36,553 nt of DNA, from NCBI GenBank assembly GCA_045837725.1, contig JBEWZL010000031.1, positions 1 to 36,553 of the forward strand. Reading direction: 5' to 3'. Of the stretch, positions 22,365-36,457 are shown piece after piece. This stretch comes from Vermamoeba vermiformis. Taxonomy: Eukaryota. The first letter of the stretch is position 1. Each line of letters begins with the position of its first letter. The position numbers and the translations under genes were made by a program. The notes beneath the pieces are model-generated. The model was not told the origin of the DNA, ran no database searches, and was given only the letters and a program-made list of their open reading frames with translations.

Positions 22365-22569
22365 GATGTATTATAGACTATATCGCATGGTTCTTGCTCT
22401 TGCTTTGTTTGGCGGAGAAAAAATAGTGAATTGCACAATTCGTGAACGTGAGAAGAACCCGCGGGCGGCGAACAAGAATTGGATCGATTTGACTGCATAT
22501 TGAAGTTCATTTATTATGTACATTGCTTTACTAAATTGGCTAGCCTCATTAATTTAAGTATTGAAAAAA

Positions 22570-23921
22570 TTAAGAGGGCGACGGATCCAAGTTGGTCTTG
22601 CCTTCTTCCGTCTTCTTCAACGCTGCAGCACTAGCTTTACCTCGCTCGTAGTTCTCCTTGGCAGTCTATTGAGATACTCCGAATCAGTATTCAGTCATTC
22701 AATCGATTCAATAAAGATTTGTGCAAATTGAATTCACATTCTAGCGCCGATTAAATTAGATTACTTACGAGATCTGCACCTTCAAGTCTATCACCAATCA
22801 TATTTGCAAAAGCTGCTTCATCGTCGACAGCAACAACACCCTTAAAAACCGTTAATTGCGTGTTTTGAAAAGGCCCATCTGATTTTACCTGGATCTCGGG
22901 TATCCAATGCTTGAACATTCTCTCGATACCTCCCTTCAATGTAGCACTCGAGCTAGGACATCCAGAGCACGAGCCTTGCATCTTCACGAAAACTACACCT
23001 TCGACGTAACCCATGTACTGGATGTCACCACCGTCATCTTGCACTGAAGGTCTAAATAATATAAATGAGATATATAGATCATGGACAGCACCTTCTATAA
23101 GGTCATACCTAATTCTAGTATCCAAAAGCTCTTTGATCATTTGTACGACTTCGTCATCCTCGGGTCGGACTTGGGTATCTTTTGGAACGCTGTCGGCGTC
23201 AATTACTTTCTCCTGTAATATAAAGTGGTTAAATATGTATTATCGAACATTATAAGACTTCTTATAGCTTACTCCGCTGTTGAAGAACTCCATTAAAGTT
23301 GCGAACACAGCAGGCTTCAAGAATTCCCATTCAATATCGCCTGTTTTTGTTACGGAGATAAAATCTGGACCCAAAAATACGCGTTGGACACCTGTACATA
23401 GATTTCAGCGATTAGAATGGCGCTAACAATGGCCTAGAACGACATCTACACGTACCTTCTTCTTTGAACAGAAGTTTAGCCAATGGGCTAATAGAGGCAT
23501 CCTTAGCAGTTGGAAAATCAAATGTTCCACTTTCGAGCACGACAGTACCTAAGTGAGTTATCAAACGTCAATTACGGACCATTACGGAATACATCCGCTC
23601 TGAAAATCATTAAAACTTACCAGGAACGAATTTTAATGTCTCTGGGTTGGGAGTAGATTCTACTTGAATGAAAACGCTTCTACTATTTGATTGACGAATT
23701 TCAAATTTGTTGGAAAGTTTTGTGGTTGTTGAACTGGCACCAAAGGCTGATTTAAATAGACCACTATTACTAGCAGTAATTTTAATATTATTATTTGATT
23801 TTTTCTTTGCAGTAGTGAAGTTCCGTGTTTGTTGTGAAAGGATTCGTGTGCACGTGGCTGATAGATGGCGCGATCCAATACGGCGCGTGGACGCTCGTAC
23901 TACTGTAGTTAAAATATTCAT
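22570..23921 (-). CDS. NFU1: Mitochondrial NFU1 iron-sulfur cluster carrier, multi-exon
   Basis: Basic presequence, [35 protein letters not shown] and [18 protein letters not shown] (CxxC). A predicted extra last exon ends at 22570. Confidence 0.92.
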
Positions 23922-24064
23922 GTTTAGTGGTGCTATTGTGGTACTACAGGGGGGCTAAACGATAAAAATTTGAGCCACGCGACACTTCAACTCATTTTTG
24001 GATCGTGCAAAAGTCACGCACACCCGTGTTAATATTATTTATTGTAAATATACACCGTATAGTA
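23922..24064. promoter_or_regulatory. Probable bidirectional promoter between NFU1 and the WDR89-like gene
   Basis: Only 143 bp separate two divergent start codons. Confidence 0.55.
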
Positions 24065-25867
24065 ATGGAAATAAACACCGAACCTACAGCGCCTCAACCG
24101 CAATTACAACAGTTTTATCACTCAAAAACGATCGTAAACGATCTGGCAACGGAAGAGGTGTATATTTTTGATATTCGGGGTATGTACAAATGAAATTACA
24201 AACTTGCAAATATATACTAAAAGCCCAAGTAATTTTCTAATTTTGTTTGGTTTTTTATTTTCGAAATCTGATCGCAGCTCTGTTCAGGTTCTGCTGACGG
24301 TACTCAAGTTGCTTGTTCTGCCTCGAACAATTTAGTTAAATTATACGACGTTGCCACGTAAGTAGAAGCATTCAATATTTGAACCTGAAAAAGCAATCTG
24401 ATCGGATCCGTTTTGCAGTTACAAATTGACTTCTCAACTTGCCGGACATCAAGGAACTATTACAGATATTCAATATGCTACAGCAAGCCCTCATCTTCTT
24501 ATCACATGCTCTTCTGACACAACGGCTGCTGTTTGGGATCTTCGAACATCTACAAAAGTCGCTCAATACATTCCTTGTACGTTTAAAATATTATCCTGTA
24601 CTACATAACCTTTATTAATATATTTTATTAATTTACAGCAAAGAGGAAAGAGTTGTACAGTCTCAGTTTGAGCCACGATGACAAGGTATTGGCCTTGGGT
24701 TCTGAAGATTACATGGTGCTCTGGTACGTCCTTTTCACATTCTAGTGCGTTGTGTCGGCACTTACAATATTATTATAGGGATGTAACTGGTAACAAGCAA
24801 ATGGCAGTCTATGAAGACTCGCATACAAATGAGATCTCGCAGGTAAGTCCGGTCACTTAACTTTGCTTACATTGCTCAATTATGACGTAGGTCCGATTCC
24901 ACCCGACAGTACACAACAGATTGTATTCTGGTGGCATGGACGGATTAATGTGTGCTTTTGAATATGTCGACGGAAAGTACTCCGAAGACGACGCACTACT
25001 GAATGGTAAATATGATGATAAGAGCGTTCAATACAATGCATTCTAATGTTTAATGTCTTTAGTGTACAATGTCGAGCAGCCTATCAATAAGATTGGTTTC
25101 TTTGGTCCTTCAAATGAATTTTTGTATGGCGTGACTAGCACTGAAATGTTGTCTTTCTGGAACTTGGGTGACGTAAGAATCTCATCATATATTGGAATTT
25201 AAAATATCCCCGAGACCTAAATACTATTGTTCGTATCTTCGTAATACTGATCGGCTATACAGGACAACAAAATTATTGAGTTTGGCTTTGATCTGCGTGA
25301 CAAACTGTCGGAGTTGATTGGAGTGCCTGTTCAATACATTATCGACTGCAAATACAACCACAATACTCAAGAACTATATTTGGTCACAGGAAACCACGAG
25401 TAAGTTATTTGACATTATCTCTGGATCGACATCCACGTACTTAAGATCTTTTTAGCGGCCGCTTGATGGTGTTCGCTTGGAAAGATAATGCCTTCGTACC
25501 TGTAGCCATTACGGAGGATAATACTAGCGGACATGTCTCTACAATCAGATCGTTCTTGTGGAACGTTAATGTAAGATCGAGGATTTGTTTTTCGCTGCAT
25601 CTACTAACGACTTAAATATAGAACAACGTACTGCTTACTGCAGGTGAAGACAGCAGATTATGTTTCTGGAGCACACAGCCGAGCGAACAGACTGAAACTA
25701 CAGCTATTAAGAGTTCAAGAGTTCTAAAAGACAAAAAGGTAAAATAACAACGGATGCAAAGTTTAGAATGGTCCGTATTTGCCTTAATGTGTTATTAAAG
25801 CAGTATTTTTGACGCATTTGCATTTTATGTTTAGGATGATAACTCTATCAGGCACAAACCGTACTAA
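24065..25867 (+). CDS. WDR89: WD40-repeat protein, WDR89-like, multi-exon
   Basis: GHQGTITDI...SSDTTAAVWDLR. YEDSHTNEISQVRFHP...LYSGGMDGL matches the WDR89 signature. LLTAGEDSRLCFW. Confidence 0.75.
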
Positions 25868-26629
25868 ATAAATATAACAATCCGCGATTAACATAACTTA
25901 GATCTTTCCGGTGATAGGGTCGTTATATATGTCAATATTGCTAATAAGAATCGAAACTTCTTCTTGATTCAATTTCAGAAGCTTCGATCAGAACACGATA
26001 AAACTCAGTAATGTCCTTTCACGAAAACTGATTGGTGATGACGTTTCGACACTTCGCAAGAGAATTACGCTGAGTAACCTGTCATTATTGACAGAATTAG
26101 ATTTATACTTATAATTGTCGGAAGGAAATTACGGTAGTTTGGCAGATCCAGATTCGGGCCAGTTCGTGATGACAGGTTAGCATACAAACTGTGTCGATGT
26201 GGCTCGTAGCCACTACGTAGTAAGCTTGATGGACAATACGCCATTATAGATCTTATTGTTTTGACCACGCAGTGTGTCTCCTGTTAAGTGGATCTAGCGA
26301 TCGGCCGATCTTCAAGCGTACGCATTATACGAAGATGGGAGCAAGACTTTTTGGTAAAATAGCAAGAAATGTGATTCAGCACACGCTAATCTCACGTGGT
26401 TACGACACTTCCGCGAAAAATTAAGCCTGCCACGTGGGTTGTCACGTGATGTGTGACATGTGACACGGTATCTGCATAAATTAAATGTATATTTTCGTTT
26501 TTAATTCATTAACAGTACTCACTTACATACTAAGAGCGAGATAGTATTTTATCGGTCAATTTTGCTTTCACGACCGGTAAAACGATCCTCGATTTTAGTA
26601 TTAACCGAACGATTTAATTATCCAAAACA

Positions 26630-29600
26630 ATGCGTTCACCTTTTGCATCCACAAAGTGGATTTTATTTATTTATTTGTTGGTTGTATTCAACGACAGAAC
26701 ACAGGCTCAATTAGCAGCCGAAGATGCGCAATTTATTGCTGATTTTATTGCAACTTCTCCTGGATTCGCGGCCAGTTTTGCAAGCAAAGACATTTGTTCA
26801 TTAATACCAAAGTTTTCTTGTGACATCAACGGCCATTTAATCCGCATGTAAGTTGGGATCTGGATTACATCCAATTTTTCTTGGAACACCCTAATATGAA
26901 TGTTGCAATCATGATTAATCCTCTAACCATGCTCCAGAAATCTACAACAAACCCTCGGCGGTTCGATACCAGACTCTCTCGGCTCACTTCCGATGTTAAC
27001 GTCGTTGTAAGGCAAACCAAAGCGCTTCTTTGTCAATAAGCTCAATCATCTTATTCTTTTAGACTCATATCTAGAAGCGCTTTGACTGGCACTATTCCAC
27101 CGAGCATTGCAAACCTATCCCTGGCATATTTGTGGGTTAATCAAAAACGATTTAATTGTTCGTACTAATCAATGATTATCATAGGGATCTTTCTCAAAAT
27201 TTCTTAGAAGGGTCAATACCCGCGGGTTTGTTCAGAATGGAAGGGCTTTTTTCGATGTGAGTCCAGTGCCGGGTCCCGTCCGGATGCGTTAACTTACGAA
27301 TTACTTTTGAACAGTTCCCTACAATCCAATCAACTCTCTGGTACCCTACCGGAATTCAACCTTCCAAATGTAACGACACTGTAAGTGATTTTATTTTTTC
27401 TGTCCAAAATCGTTTTGACCTCCTCTTGCAGCCTGATTTCAAACAATTTCTTAACTGGATCCATACCCACTTCGCTCTTTCAACTTCCTCGCCTAAAAAA
27501 TGTGTACGCGAGCACTAACATGTTCACGGGTACACTTCCAGAGCTCCTATCAAGTTTCAGTGAGCTGTAAGTTTGTACCTAACCGGGATCGAGCTGTTAC
27601 TTATTTGTATGAACAGGCAGCTATGGCAGAACAGTTTAATCGGAACTATCCCTGGAAGTCTATTTAACTCGACAATGAATCGACTGTATGTACCGCGGAG
27701 CAAGATCTGAAATCATTAACGAATCTGACAGGTTCCTATCTGGTAACAAGCTAAGCGGCACTCTTCCACCCGAGTTCGCCACAACCAAAATTGGTTCAGT
27801 GTGAGTATATTGAGTCTAGCTCGAACTAAGTATTAATTGAGTGTTTCAGGCACCTTTCGAACAACCAACTTAGCGGAACGATTCCAGATCTCACGGGAAG
27901 CCAGATCAGCGAACTGTATGCTCTCATCTATCGTTTTATATTATCCATTTTAACATTTCATTAGTGATTTGAGCAGCAACTTTTTCACTGGCCAGTTCCC
28001 ATCGGTTGGTTCGTCATTTTCCTCGCTGTAAGTTAAATTCCGTAGCTAATTGCGCTAAATGAATTTATTATTGACAATAATGTATGGAAGGCAATTATCG
28101 AACAATCGCTTGGCAGGAACCATTTCTTATGATGCGTTGAACTGTACTCAGCTCGGTGTTTTGTAAGTTTGTTGTTACCTATATGTGCGAAGCTAATGTT
28201 TAAAAACAGTTCTGTATCAAACAACCTGTTATCTGGACCACTTCCCTCGTTTAAAAATGCGTTCCGCATCACCTTTTTGTAAGACTTAGTCTTCGGATCA
28301 GAGAATTTCTGGATTAACGTAACTTTGCTTGTCAACAGGGATATGAGTCTTAATAGCTTTAGCGGCCCTTTGGATGAGCTGTCAGTGCTGACTCAAGTGA
28401 TTAAACTGTATGTGATAGCACTCTAACCGAAAATAGCTAACACTATTTTAGGGACTTATCATCAAATGCTTTTACCGGAGAATTCGTTCCTAATCCAGCT
28501 TGGGGCTCCGTTCAGGAAATGTAAGGATTAATAGCAACAATCGAATAATCTAACTTACGGCTCCCTAGTTACGTTCATTCAAACCAGTTTGTCGGATCGT
28601 TTCCACTTTTTGGTATTGTCAGTGGCGCGTCATTGCGTTACCTGTAAGTGTAGCCCGAACTATCTTGTTAATGATCTAATATATATTCTAATGTTCCATA
28701 CAAGTGATATCTCGTTCAATCAATTCAGCGGATCTATTCCTGCCGATAGATTGAACAGTCTGACTACGTTAATGTCGCTGTAAGTACTGCAGAGTATTAA
28801 TGATATTGTTATTAACACGCTTTGCAGAAAGATACAAGGCAATCAGTTCTCCGGGACTTTCCCGAATGTTACGAACACTTTCGTGCTCGGATCACTGTAC
28901 GTCCAGCGATCTAACTCGTGTTATAGTTATACTAAACGATATTTTTTTTACAGCGACTTAAGCAACAACAAGTTCGTCGGCACTTTGCCAGAAAGTATTG
29001 GCCAGTTGGTGCAACTAACCGACTTGTGAGTTAGCTAACGACCGCATCAATTTATACATCCGCAGCACTAACTCTATCATTACATCTAGGAGCGTCGCAA
29101 ACAATCAGTTCGATGGCACGATTCCTGATATCTTCGAAACGATTTCACGTCTATCGACTCTCAATTTGGAGTTCAACAAGTTCTCTGGACCATTCCCGCC
29201 CTCAATTACAACCCTCCGATTCCTCACGTCATTGTAAGACTACAAAATAGACCATTTTTGTCAATCAGAAACTAACCGCCCCGATTTCAGGGTGTTAACG
29301 TCGAACGAGCTGACTGGGACAATACCCTCGGCTGTTGGTTCTATGAAGTCTACGCAGATACTGTAAGCAACATTACTTCGTTATTGGTACGAGTGATACT
29401 AATACTATGCAGGAAATTGGGTAGCAACAAGTTCGAAGGAACGATCCCCGAAGAGATAGGCCAACTCAATTCATTGACACAGCTGGCACTCGAGAACAAC
29501 GCTTTAAACGGCGTAATTCCTTCAAGCTTGCTGAATCTCAGTACACTGGCTTCATTGTAAGTTGGTCGAATGTTGACACTTTGAGTGACACGTGTCATTT

Positions 29601-31415
29601 TAATCTGACACTTTACGTTTCCAGAACGCTTCAGAACAATCAACTGAGTGGTACTGTGCCATCATCGTTGAGCTCGAATACAGGATTGAAGCAACTGTAA
29701 GTGCTCTGTTTATCGATTAGTACCGCTAACGCTGCAACAGGAACTTGGCCGGCAACCAGTTGACGGGATTCTTCGAGCCAACAATGGCCCTGGTCGAGTG
29801 CAATCTGGGAGGAAACAACTTTTGTTGCGGTGATCTAACCTCAGGTGCTTGTCGCGCTAGCTCTCCATGTAAGTTACTTCCACATATTTCTACGTGTACC
29901 TAACGTCTACATTAAGGCTCGGGAACTCGCAAGATCGTTGCTCAAAATGAGACCATCACTATGTCGCAGCAATTCCAATGTAAGCACTACGATGCAAAAG
30001 GAGTTATTAATGAACTCACCATGTATTTTCTAGCGCTCGATGTGCCCGCAGGAGTTGTGCTGCTTGTTGATCCAAACACAAACATTCAGACTCAATGCCT
30101 CAGTTTGAGTGGCGATATCCAGCTCTTAGTATCAAGCACGCCTTCACAAGACACTACGTTCATGCCAATTTCTTATTCGCACGCGTTCACCACCCTTCCC
30201 ACTGGTGATTTGAACGTTGTTTCGAACGACAAGTGCACCAACTTTGCAGCTCAACTGTCAGTCACGCCTGTTACGGACACAACGACGGGCTCGTTGACTA
30301 TCGCGCTCACAGCGTCTGCAGTTGCCGGTTGCTCGAACTTGAGTGAGGCAACAGTGTTTGCTCTCGCTTTTTCTCTCGGCATTGGTCTGCCGCTGATCAT
30401 CGCTCTCATTGTGGTGATTGTGCTGTGGCGCAAAGGTCGATTCAGAAGAAACATTCGTCAACAAGTGTCCATGGACATCATGACCTCGTTGGCTGACAAA
30501 TCATTCTTGACTCCTTCATCATCACTCAAACTCGATCGTGAACTTGGTGCTGGCAGTTTTGGCAAAGTTTATGTCGGCAAGTGGCAACAAACACAAGTTG
30601 CGTTCAAGTTCTGCAATGTTCCAAGCAAGATGGATGAGTTCTTGCGTGAAGCAGCACTGATGATGAAACTGACACCTCATCCGAACGTTGTTCAACTTCT
30701 TGCAATCAGTATCGATGGACCTGAACCTGTCATTGTTCTGGAATACTGTGACGGTGGATCACTTGACAATATATTGTTCGACTCAACGAAGGCTATCTCA
30801 TACGAAGAGAAGATTCGTTACGCGGCAGGTAAGATGACACTTTGTGGCACGTGTCATTCTTGGTAACTAACAACATTCGCTCAGGTATCGCTCGAGGCAT
30901 GCTTCATCTTCACAAGCATAACATTGTTCATCGTGATTTGGCCGCACGCAACGTGTTGATTCAGAAAGGCAGTCCTAAAGTGTCAGACTTTGGCATGTCG
31001 CGACTGCTCCAGGTCAACAACGAGTCAAAGACTTACAGCAACATCGGTCCCATTCGATGGATGGCGCCTGAGTCTCTCAAAAATCGAGTGCACAGCACCA
31101 AGACGGTATGTTTGGAACTATTGAGCGCTTATTAGTAGTGTACTGACGATGTGCCTTCAGGATGTTTGGATGTACGGCATTGTTCTGACTGAAATCATCT
31201 CGCAAGCAGAGCCGCACGTCAGCGAAGACCCTCTGGAGATTGGCGCAAAGATCAGAGATCAAGGATTGATTCCAGCGCTTCCCAATGACATGCATCCACT
31301 GCTGTCACAGCTCGTGTCAATGTGCTTGAAGATGAATGCAGATGAACGTCCTGATTTTGAATCAATCTGTCAACATATTGATCAATATTGCAGTGCGAAT
31401 GGAATAACGATATAA
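26630..31415 (+). CDS. LRR receptor kinase 1: signal peptide, ~25 LRRs, Cys cap, TM, tyrosine-kinase-like domain; ~27 exons
   Basis: LxxNxLxGxIP repeats, TM LAFSLGIGLPLIIALIVVIVLW, and kinase motifs LGAGSFG, VAFK, HRDLAARN, DFG and GPIRWMAPE. Confidence 0.92.
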
Positions 31416-31658
31416 ATTTGTAAATAAAACACGATTGTCTCAAGTAGTTTCGTGCGGACCTTCTTAAAATTTTATTGTGAAGTAATTCACTTGTGGTCCC
31501 TATGTCAATCACCACAATTGTGCGATTACGAAATTATGAAAGAACTAAATCCACCACGAAGTTTCGAAAATCACACTGACGAATATGTCATCGATGGTTT
31601 TTATTGCCTATGGCGGTTAGTAATACGAAGAATTTGATACCAGTCGTAGAAGACACAA

Positions 31659-34600
31659 ATGCGTCTCTCGTTGTTTGCGCGTGTAAATAATTTTTCGCAG
31701 TATGGCAACACACATTGTCTGTTCAAGAAGTTGGGCATATTATTATATATATGCAACTTATTATCAATCGTGCAATGCCAACTCAGCGCAGAAAGTAATC
31801 AGTTTATAGAAGATTTTAGATCGACTTCGCCTGGATTTGCTTCTTTGTTTCCTTTAGATGATGTCTGCACTGTTTACAGCACTAATTTTCAATGCAATCC
31901 TGGGGGAGAGCTAATTGCAATGTAAGTTAACCAAGATCAGAATATTTTGATTACGCAATCAAAATAAAATTAATTTTGCTATAATTGTAGATATATTAGG
32001 CGAAGACCTGTTGATGGTTCATTACCGAATTCTGTTGGAGTTTTATTGCCTAAATTACAGCGATTGTAAGTCGATCCACGAGTGTATTAAATTGGATTAA
32101 CGTTCCGTTAAGGGAGATAAGCTATACTCAGTTGGGTGGTACTATCCCCACCTCTTTCGACCAATGCAACGCAACTGCGATGTAAGTTGATAAAACAAAA
32201 TCTGGACATATATCGGGTGTGATCTAATTCATTTTGAATGCCAGAGTTTTATCAAGCAACTTTTTAGAAGGGACAATCCCCGTTGGCGTATTTTCTAATC
32301 CGAAGCGCGCTTTTGTGTAAGTCGTTGGCCTTACTTTGGCACATCTCGTAACTAATCTTTTTCTAGCGAGCTAACCGGAAATAGACTGACAGGAACACTG
32401 CCAAATATCATCCACACGGTGAATTACATGTAGGAATAATAATTTGGTCTTTTCCAAATAATTAATTGTTGGCCAGAACAATTGCGAACAACTTGCTCTC
32501 CGGATCTGTGCCCGAGAACTTCGCAAACAGTCCTGATTTAGTACAATTATACTTAAGAAACAACAAGCTGACGGGAAGCATTCCTGCAACTTGGTCGCCT
32601 AACTTGCAAAATTTGGATCTTGCGTACAACTCATTAACTGGAACGATTCCTGAGGAGCTTTTCTCATACAAAAAGCTCTTTGCATTGTATGTATACCAAC
32701 AGAGTTGAATTGTTCGAATATGTATGCACTAGTAACTAATTTTCTGGTAGATACCTGATTGCCAATCAACTTAGCGGAACAATTCCAGCTTCTTTTTCAA
32801 ATTCGAGCATATCAACTGCTATGTAAGCACGTATTCTTTAATATTACGATACTCATTACTTGTTGGCGTAGCGATCTATCGAACAACAAATTGACAGGAA
32901 CAATTCCGCCAATTTTACCAGAGATGGTATGCTCAAATTTGTACGTAACGCTTATAAGTTGTTTTTTTAACTGAACGTAAGCTGATTTTTATTATCGGAA
33001 GAGAGCTGTCTGGCAATCGGCTCACGGGAGATTTTCCGCGCCTCAATAACTCGAACGTGCAAGTGATGTAAGTTATTAAGGAGGAAATTGTTTTTCTATG
33101 GAATAGCATCAAACCTTCAAGCAATAACGAAGCTTGATATGAATATTTTTTCTTACATCCGAGTTAACTTTTTATTATCAGCGATGTTTCCGGTAATCTG
33201 TTAGATGGCACGATTCCAGAGCTAGAATCTCCTTCTATTACGATGTAAGATGCAAACTAAATTCACTTTGCTGGATTTAACTCCTTTCTGTATAGGATTT
33301 CCGCGGCGAACAACCGACTAACCGGATCTCTCTCCTCGTTCCAGAAACTGAGCAACTTGCTGTCCTTGTAAGTATCTCCTTGGCACAATGCGAAATATTA
33401 ATGCCTGTTAAAGGACCTTGGCGTTCAACAGATTGAACGGGACTTTAGATCCGCTCTACAACATAACGTCACTAACACTTGTGTAAGAGACTTTAGTAAC
33501 CAGTATGCCTAATACGTGTTATTAATATTTTATATTAGCGATGTCTCGTCAAACTTATTTTCAGGAGTTTTCAATCCGAATCCAGCTTGGGCGATCAATA
33601 CTTTGTGCGTGCTATTGTTGTATTTAAGCGATTCTCTCCAACTAACTAACAGCTACTACAGGCTACTTGGTCGAAATAGTATTGAAGGAGCATTTCCCAA
33701 GTTTGAAATTGGTTCTGGATCTTCTCTGAACACCTTGTAAGTACTCGTTTTTGAACTATCACGTGACTAATATTATGGCTATTTCGTCTAGGGACTTATC
33801 GTTCAATCGTTTTTCTGGGCCCATTCCTGATAGTGCTCTGGAGATATTTCTCAATCTTCGAACATTGTAAGTACGGTAACACAATTAAGTACGAAAGGCT
33901 AAAACTTCTTAATATAGAAAGCTTCAAGGCAATCGATTCAGCGGAGTAATTCCGAATATCACCAAGTCGAGATTAATTCAAGAATTGTAAGTCTAGACTC
34001 ACTTTTCGAGCCGTGCTAACGTCGCCGCATCTACAGGGATCTGAGCAACAATAATTTTGAAGGGTCGATTCCATCGTCTCTGTCTCTGTTGGAACATATG
34101 GCTAAGCTGTACGTCAATTATATAAGTCAAAGTGCCCTACAAGCGGAAAAATAATATCCGTTTTGCAGATCTGCAGCGAACAACAGACTCGAAGGAGATC
34201 TACCGGACTTCTTTGAATCGCTTACTTCAATCAATGAGATCGACATTCAATTCAACGAGCTCTCTGGCACATTGCCTCCGTCATTGACTTCGCTGCAGTA
34301 TCTCACTACCTTGTAAGTTCTTCCAAATTAGGAAATGTGGCTCTAACTTTGCGTTTGGACAGGAAATTGAATTCTAATAATTTCCAAGGGGTGATACCAC
34401 AATCAATATCGAATATGATATCATTGCAAGTGCTGCAACTTGACAGCAATGCGTTCTCAGGGACGATCCCAGATGAGCTCGGATCTATCGGCACTCTGAC
34501 TCAACTGTCCTTGGAGAACAATCAACTCGAGGGCACTATTCCTTCGACGTTTGAGAACTTTCAAAGCTTGGCGTCCTTGTAAGTGTCACCGTGAAAAAAG

Positions 34601-36457
34601 TTTGACGCGTGTCACTAACTTGTTGACATGCCAACCCTCCAGAACGCTTCAGAACAATCGCTTGAGCGGCATTATCCCTAACTCATTCAACACAATGATC
34701 AGTCTAAAACAGTTGTAAGTATTATTACTACTGCCTCAGTTAACTGGCCTCTTCTAACGAACGTAGAAATCTGGCCAATAACCAGCTGATTGGTCTGTTT
34801 GAGCCGACTGTGCAAATGTTGGAGTGCAACGTGGCAGGAAACAACTTATGCTGCGGCGATCAGACTGTCAGTATCTGTCAATCTAGCCCTCCCTGTAAGT
34901 CTTTTTCGAGGCGTGCTCTAAGTTACAACGTGCGCAACTGACGCTGTCGCGTCGATCAGGCTCAGGAACTCGAAAGATTATCACTCAAAACGAAACCATC
35001 TCATCGTTTCAGCAGTATCAATGTGAGTAAATGAAGCACATTTGAGCGTTACTAACTATACTTCACAGACCTTGAGGTCTCTTCAGGATCGATGTTGTTC
35101 GTTGACTTGACAAGTGACATTCGCACTCAATGTCTTCGCGTGAATGGCGATATCGGACTGTCAGTCACATCTACACAAGGTGCCAATGTGCAAGAGCAAT
35201 TGTCGATCACACCAATATCGTTCATTTACTCTTACAGCGACCTCATGAGTGGTTCAATGGCAGTGGCACGAGAAGAGAAGTGTCGTGACTACACTGCGAC
35301 GAAGAGTCAAGTATCAAGTACCAACTTCACAGCGGGGCAGCTTGTTGTAGAAGTCACAGCAACTGACATTGCGAGCTGTTCTGATTTGAGCGAGGCAACA
35401 GTGTTTGCTCTGGCTTTTTCTCTCGGTCTTGGTTTGCCACTGATAGTAGCTCTCATCGTGGTGATTGTGCTGTGGCGCAAGGGTCGATTCAGAAGAAACA
35501 TTCGTCAACAAGTGTCCATGGACATCATGACCTCATTGGCTGACAAATCATTCTTGACTCCTTCATCATCACTCAAACTCGATCGTGAACTTGGTTCTGG
35601 CAGTTTTGGCAAAGTTTATGTCGGCAAGTGGCAACAAACACAAGTCGCGTTCAAGTTCTGCAATGTTCCGAGCAAGATGGATGAGTTCTTGCGTGAGGCA
35701 GCACTGATGATGAAACTGACACCTCATCCGAACGTTGTTCAACTTCTTGCAATCAGTATTGACGGACCTGAACCTGTCATTGTTCTGGAATACTGTGATG
35801 GTGGATCACTTGATAACTTGCTTTTTGAAACAAGCGAGCCTATTGGTGACCACGAGAAGATTCGTATTGCTGCAGGTTTGATTTTTCCACGATTCAAAAG
35901 CCAAACCCTAACCCTCGCTCAAAAAGGTATTGCCCGAGGCATGCTTCATCTTCACAAGCATAATATTGTTCATCGTGATTTGGCTGCACGCAATGTTTTG
36001 TTGCAGAAAGGAACGCCGAAAGTATCGGACTTTGGCATGTCTCGCCTGTTGCAAGTGAACCAAGAGTCAAAGACTTACAGCAACATTGGTCCAATCAGAT
36101 GGATGGCACCTGAGTCACTGAGTGCCCGTATCAATTCTCCAAAGAGCGTAAGTGCCTGCGTATTAACGACACTTCCTGTCAAACGCTAACTCCTATTTTT
36201 AGGATGTTTGGATGTACGGCATCGTTCTGACTGAAATCATCATGCAAACTGAACCTCATATTAACGAAGACGTCCTCGCCATCGGAGCCAAGATCAGAGA
36301 TCAAGGATTGATTCCAGCACTTCCCAATGACATGCATCCACTGCTGTCACAACTCGTGTCGATGTGTTTGAAGATGAATGCAGATGAACGTCCTGACTTT
36401 GAATCAATCTGTCAACATATTGATCAATATTGCAGCGCGAACGGAATAACGATATAA
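31659..36457 (+). CDS. LRR receptor kinase 2, tandem paralog: ~25 LRRs, TM, tyrosine-kinase-like domain; ~25 exons
   Basis: Same architecture and motifs as 26630-31415, with a near-identical TM/N-lobe and C-terminus. Confidence 0.92.

Noticed and set aside
35876-35926. 17-aa insert in kinase 2 and telomere-like AAACCCTAACCCT
   Set aside because: It is a stop-free ~51-nt intron at the same position as the kinase-1 intron, and CTAAC is the probable branch point.
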